A stretch of 64,000 nucleotides of DNA from Candidatus Dormiibacterota bacterium. GTDB taxonomy: Bacteria > Chloroflexota > Dormibacteria > Aeolococcales > Bog-877. This document shows positions 58,885 through 64,000 of the stretch, piece by piece. A program made the position numbers and the translations under genes. The notes beneath the pieces are model-generated. The model did not search any database and had not been told where the DNA came from. It saw only the letters and a list, made by a program, of their open reading frames with translations. The stretch lies in contig DAHVMY010000004.1 of NCBI GenBank assembly GCA_027319585.1, positions 1,427 through 65,426 on the forward strand, in the 5' to 3' direction. Each line of letters starts with the position of its first letter. Within the stretch, counting starts at the first letter, position 1.

Positions 58885-60615
58885 ATGAGCGCAACCGCCC
58901 TGCTTGGCTTCGAAGACCGACCCGTCGAGCCCGCCCGCGCTAGCCGCTGCGGCGCGGAGATCCTTCTGCAGGCACTGGAAGCCGAGGGGGTCGAGGTCAT
59001 CTTCGGGCTGCCGGGAGGCGCCAACCTGCCGATCTACCAGCACCTGCCCAGCTCACCGATCCGGCACATCCTGGTTCGCCACGAGCAGGGGGCGGCGCAC
59101 ATGGCCGACGGCTACGCTCGTACCAGCGGCCGGGTGGGAGTCTGTCTGGCGACCTCGGGACCCGGGGCCCTCAACCTGGTGACCGGGTTGGCGACCGCGC
59201 ACTTCGACTCCGTGCCCGTGGTGGCGATCACGGGGCAGGTCGCCACCGCCACGATCGGCACCGACGCCTTCCAGGAGTCGGACGTCATCGGCTCGACCAT
59301 GTCGGTCACCAAGCACAGCTACCAGGTGCAGGACGCGCGCGACCTCTACGCGGTGGTCCGCGAAGCCTTCCAGGTGGCGCGCACCGGCAGACCCGGGGCG
59401 GTCTTGATCGACGTGCCCAAGGACGTGCAGCAACAGGTGGTCGAGGGCGACTCGGCGGAGATCACCCGGCTTCGACCCCACCGGGAGCCTCCTCCTCCCG
59501 CCCCGGAGCTGCTCGACCGGGCGGCCCAGTGGCTGGCGGGGGCCCACCGGCCCGTGATTCTGGCGGGCAGGGGGGTAGCGATCTCCCGAGCCGAGGCGGC
59601 GCTGCTCGAGCTCGCCCAGCAGATCGACGCACCTGTGGGGACCACGCTGCTCGGCACCGGGGTCTTCCCGGCCGACCATCCCCTCGCCCTGGGGCTGGTC
59701 GGGTTCATGGGGACCGGGTACTGCAATCTGGCGGTGAGCAACTGCGATTCCCTCCTGATGGTGGGCATGCGCGCGGACGACCGGGTCACCTGCCGGCTGG
59801 ATCAGTTCGCGCCACGCGCGCGCCACATCATCCACGTGAACATCGACCCGGCCGAGCTGGGCAAGACCGTCGCCGCAGACTGCCAGATCGCCGCCGACGC
59901 AACCTGGACCATTCGCGCCCTGGCTGGGAGAGTGCCGCCGCGCCGGCACCCCCGATGGCGCGCCCAGATCCGGGCCTGGCGTGATCGCCACCCCTTGCGA
60001 TACCCGAACAACGGCAAGCTCCAGCCCCAGGAGGTCCTGGCCGCCTGCTACGCCCGCCGCCACCCGTCCGACGTCGTGGTGGCGGACGTCGGGCTGAACC
60101 AAATCTGGGCCGCCACGGCCTGGACCGGTGACCGGGCGGGCACCTTCCTCAACTCCGGTGGCGCGGGCACCATGGGCTTCGCCCTCCCGGCCGCGCTCGG
60201 GGCGCAGGCGGCCGCCCCCGACCGCAGGGTCTGGGCAATCTGCGGCGAGGGGGGCTTCGTCATGACCCTGCAGGAGCTGGCGACGGCCGTGGAGGCGCGG
60301 TTGCCGGTCAAGGTGGTGATCCTCAACAACGGCCAGCTCGGCATGGTGCGCCAGTTCCAGGACGACTTCTACGGCGGCATCCGCTCCGCGGTCGCCCATT
60401 CGGTCGTTCCCGACTTCCGGCTGTTGGCCTCCGCCTTCGGCTGCTTCAGCGCCACCGTGACCTGCAGCGGCGAGCTGGACGACGCCCTCGGCTCAGCGCT
60501 CGAACACCCGGGACCGGCGCTGGTCGAGTGCCGGATCGACCCCGAGGCCGGCGTGTACCCCATAGTCCCCTTCGGCAAAGGTCTTGCCGGTTTCGTGGAG
60601 TGCCCGGTCGGGTGA
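58885..60615 (+). CDS. ilvB: Acetolactate synthase large subunit
   Basis: FGLPGG, RHEQGA, TSGPGA, DVPKD, GTMGF and LNNGQLGMVRQ motifs. Confidence 0.95.
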   Translation: MSATALLGFEDRPVEPARASRCGAEILLQALEAEGVEVIFGLPGGANLPIYQHLPSSPIRHILVRHEQGAAHMADGYARTSGRVGVCLATSGPGALNLVTGLATAHFDSVPVVAITGQVATATIGTDAFQESDVIGSTMSVTKHSYQVQDARDLYAVVREAFQVARTGRPGAVLIDVPKDVQQQVVEGDSAEITRLRPHREPPPPAPELLDRAAQWLAGAHRPVILAGRGVAISRAEAALLELAQQIDAPVGTTLLGTGVFPADHPLALGLVGFMGTGYCNLAVSNCDSLLMVGMRADDRVTCRLDQFAPRARHIIHVNIDPAELGKTVAADCQIAADATWTIRALAGRVPPRRHPRWRAQIRAWRDRHPLRYPNNGKLQPQEVLAACYARRHPSDVVVADVGLNQIWAATAWTGDRAGTFLNSGGAGTMGFALPAALGAQAAAPDRRVWAICGEGGFVMTLQELATAVEARLPVKVVILNNGQLGMVRQFQDDFYGGIRSAVAHSVVPDFRLLASAFGCFSATVTCSGELDDALGSALEHPGPALVECRIDPEAGVYPIVPFGKGLAGFVECPVG

Positions 60616-61186
60616 CTTCATGCAATTCGGACCAGTGCCGTCCCACCTCCTTGGCGGCGAACCCCAGCCAGCCGTGGCGGCTGGTCATGGTCCAGGCCGA
60701 GGACCGCAGCGGGATCCTGCAGCGGGTCACCAACTGCCTTGCCCGCCGCGGCTTCCAGCTGTTCAGCTGCACGGTTGGCCAGGGTCCGACGGACGGCCTG
60801 CTCACTCTCTGGCTGCGGGTCGGGACCGGCCCGCAGCCAGTGGACCAGGTCACCAAGCAGCTCGCCAAGCTCATCGACGTGGTCAGCGTCGAGGACATGA
60901 CCGCGCGGGCGCCGGTGCAATGGACGACCGCGCTGGTGGAGATTCGGCGAAGTGGTGACGAGCACGACCTTGAGGCGGCGCTGAACCACCCCGGGGTCCA
61001 GGTCGTGCGCCATCTCGAGAGCTCGGTGCTGGCGGCGATCGGCGGCCCGCCGGAGCAGGTCGAGGAGATCCTGGCCCGCATTCGCCGGCTGCCGGTCATC
61101 GACTGGGTGGTGGGACGCCCGCTGGCGCTTGGGGAACACCGGGCGGTGGCGAGCGCCGCGCCGAGCAATCAAGTGATGAGTGGGAG

Positions 61187-61190
<4 letters not shown>
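60612..61190 (+). CDS. ilvN: Acetolactate synthase small regulatory subunit
   Basis: [10 protein letters not shown]...RRGF ACT domain and [11 protein letters not shown]; GTGA overlap with ilvB. Confidence 0.88.
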
Positions 61191-62253
<1,063 letters not shown>

Positions 62254-62257
<4 letters not shown>

Positions 62258-63492
62258 GCACCGACCGCGGCACCTCCGCCGGGCTCGACAACGCGTCGAG
62301 CCCGGCCATCGTGGATGTGGTCCAGTTCTTCGACACCACCCTGCGCGACGGCGAGCAGGCTCCGGGGGCGACCCTGCACCTGGAGGACAAGGTGGCGGTC
62401 GCGCATCAGCTGGCGCGGCTGCGCGTTGACGTGATAGAAGCCGGTTTCCCGGCCTCCTCGCCCGGGGACTTTGAGGCGGTCCAGCGGATCGCCAGAGAGG
62501 TGGAGGGGCCCGCGGTCACGGGTTTGGCCCGGGCCCATCGCGGGGACATACTCGCGGTCCACCAAGCGGTGCGGGACGCGCAAAGGCCGCTGATCCACGT
62601 CTTCATCGCGGTCTCGGACATCCACATCGAGAAGAAATTGGGGCTGGACCGCGCCGAGGTGCTGAGGCGGACCCACGACGCCGTGGCCTACGCCCGAGAT
62701 CTCTGTGCCGAGGTTCAGTTCTCGCCTGAGGATGCCGGCAGGGCCGACCGGGAGTTCCTGTGTCAGGTGGTCGAGACCGCGGTGGCGGCCGGCGCGTCGG
62801 TGGTCAACATCCCCGACACCACCGGTTATTGCCTGCCTGCGGAATTCGCCGAGCTGGTCACGACGGTGCGCCAGCAGGTGCGGGGCATGGAACAGGTGCT
62901 GGTCAGTGTGCACTGCCACGACGACCTGGGCCTGGCCACGGCCAACTCCCTGGCGGGGGTGGCCGCCGGCGCCCGCCGGGTGGAGGGGTGCGTCAACGGG
63001 CTGGGGGAGCGAGCGGGCAACGCGGCCTTGGAGGAGATCCTCATGGCACTCCGGGTGCGCCGGCCCGAGCTCCACCTGGCGGACAACCTGGTGGCTCAGG
63101 AGGTGGGTCCCACCAGCCGCCTGGTGTCCAAGCTGACCGGGATCCCGGTGCCTCCGAACAAGCCGGTGGTGGGCAGCAACGCCTTCGCGCACGCGTCCGG
63201 AGTCCATCAGCACGGGGTGCTCAAGGACCGCAGCACCTACGAGATCATGACCGCGGAGGAGGTGGGTGCAGGGGCGACCCAGATCGTGCTCACGGCCAGG
63301 TCCGGCCGCCATGCCCTCGTTCATCGCCTCGAACTGATCGGGCTCAGGGTGCCGGACAGCCAGATGCCCCGGGTATGGGCCCGCTTCCTGGAGGTGGCGG
63401 ACACCAGCAAGGAGGTGGGGGACGATGCTCTCTTGCGAATCGTGGGTGAGGTTGGCCACCTGAATCCGGAGTTGGGAGCGATCGCCGGGTGA
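62254..63492 (+). CDS. leuA: 2-isopropylmalate synthase, short form
   Basis: [30 protein letters not shown] and HASGVHQ motifs; ends at 412 aa. Confidence 0.9.
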
Positions 63493-64000
63493 GATCGCCC
63501 AGGCAACAGCTGCGGCTGGTGGTGCTGCCCGGGGATGGTGTTGGCCCCGAGGTCACCGCCGCCGCCCTGACGGTGCTGGAGGCGGTATCGGAGCACGCGG
63601 GAATCGAGCTGATCGTCAAGACCGAGGCGGTTGGCGGCCGCGCCATCGAGGTCTGCGGCGATCCCCTGCCCCAGACCACCCTGGCCGCGTGCCGGGCCGC
63701 CGATGCCGTCCTACTGGGCGCGGTTGGCGGACCCCGGTGGGACGGGGGAGCGGTCCGTCCCGAGGCCGGCCTGCTCGCCCTGCGGAGCGGACTCGGCGTC
63801 TTCGCGAACCTGCGCCCGGTGCGGTGCTGGCCCGGTGCCGAGGACAACAGTCCACTCCGCGAGGACATCGTCCGGGGGGCGGACATCGTGTTCATCCGCG
63901 AGCTCACCGGCGGAGCCTACTTCGGACGTCCCCATGGGATCGGCGGCCGACCTCCCCACCGGAGGGCGGTGGACACGACCGAGTACAGCGAAGGGGAGAT
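63489..64000 (+). CDS. leuB: 3-isopropylmalate dehydrogenase (runs off the window)
   Basis: LPGDGVGPEV, LLGAVGGP, FANLRP and RELTGG.YFG motifs; GTGA overlap with leuA. Confidence 0.95.
   Translation, partial: MRSPRQQLRLVVLPGDGVGPEVTAAALTVLEAVSEHAGIELIVKTEAVGGRAIEVCGDPLPQTTLAACRAADAVLLGAVGGPRWDGGAVRPEAGLLALRSGLGVFANLRPVRCWPGAEDNSPLREDIVRGADIVFIRELTGGAYFGRPHGIGGRPPHRRAVDTTEYSEGE

Overview
A 64-kb window from a high-GC bacterium, mostly housekeeping genes. The gene content (MshB/Mca-like deacetylase, F420 genes, ChdC-like enzyme, ThyX) looks Terrabacteria-like, but the taxon cannot be fixed from this window. Main blocks: (1) Lrp regulator, EamA transporter, small metabolic genes and icd; (2) a long minus-strand run hemA-hemC-hemD-hemB-cyclophilin-hemL-tatA-tatC-rph-rdgB-tRNA-Pro; (3) pyrG-radical SAM-rpmE-prfA; (4) envelope and redox genes (two HtrA-like proteins, one apparently catalytically dead, a SCO-TlpA fusion, a sulfurtransferase, wzm/wzt); (5) cofactor genes (cofD-cofC-cofE, moaD-moaE, two A-type Fe-S carriers, ChdC-like, thyX, MOSC); (6) a decayed island of about 3.2 kb next to tRNA-Phe, with integrase, PLD-nuclease and HU remnants and two stacked toxin-antitoxin-like modules; (7) a fused 2Fe-2S/molybdopterin oxidoreductase, a lactonase-like hydrolase, pheA, ilvD and a divergent ilvB-ilvN-ilvC-leuA-leuB operon. 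The most notable unannotated signals are an apparent ribosome-mediated attenuator followed by an unknown 62-aa first gene in the ilv-leu operon; a palindromic operator plus an RBS-sequestering structured leader before the sulfurtransferase; a 172-nt rod-like candidate ncRNA before rpmE; and diverged copies of a PLD-gene 3' end punctuating the TA modules. No CRISPR array or rRNA was seen. Family calls come from motif recognition by eye, with no database search.
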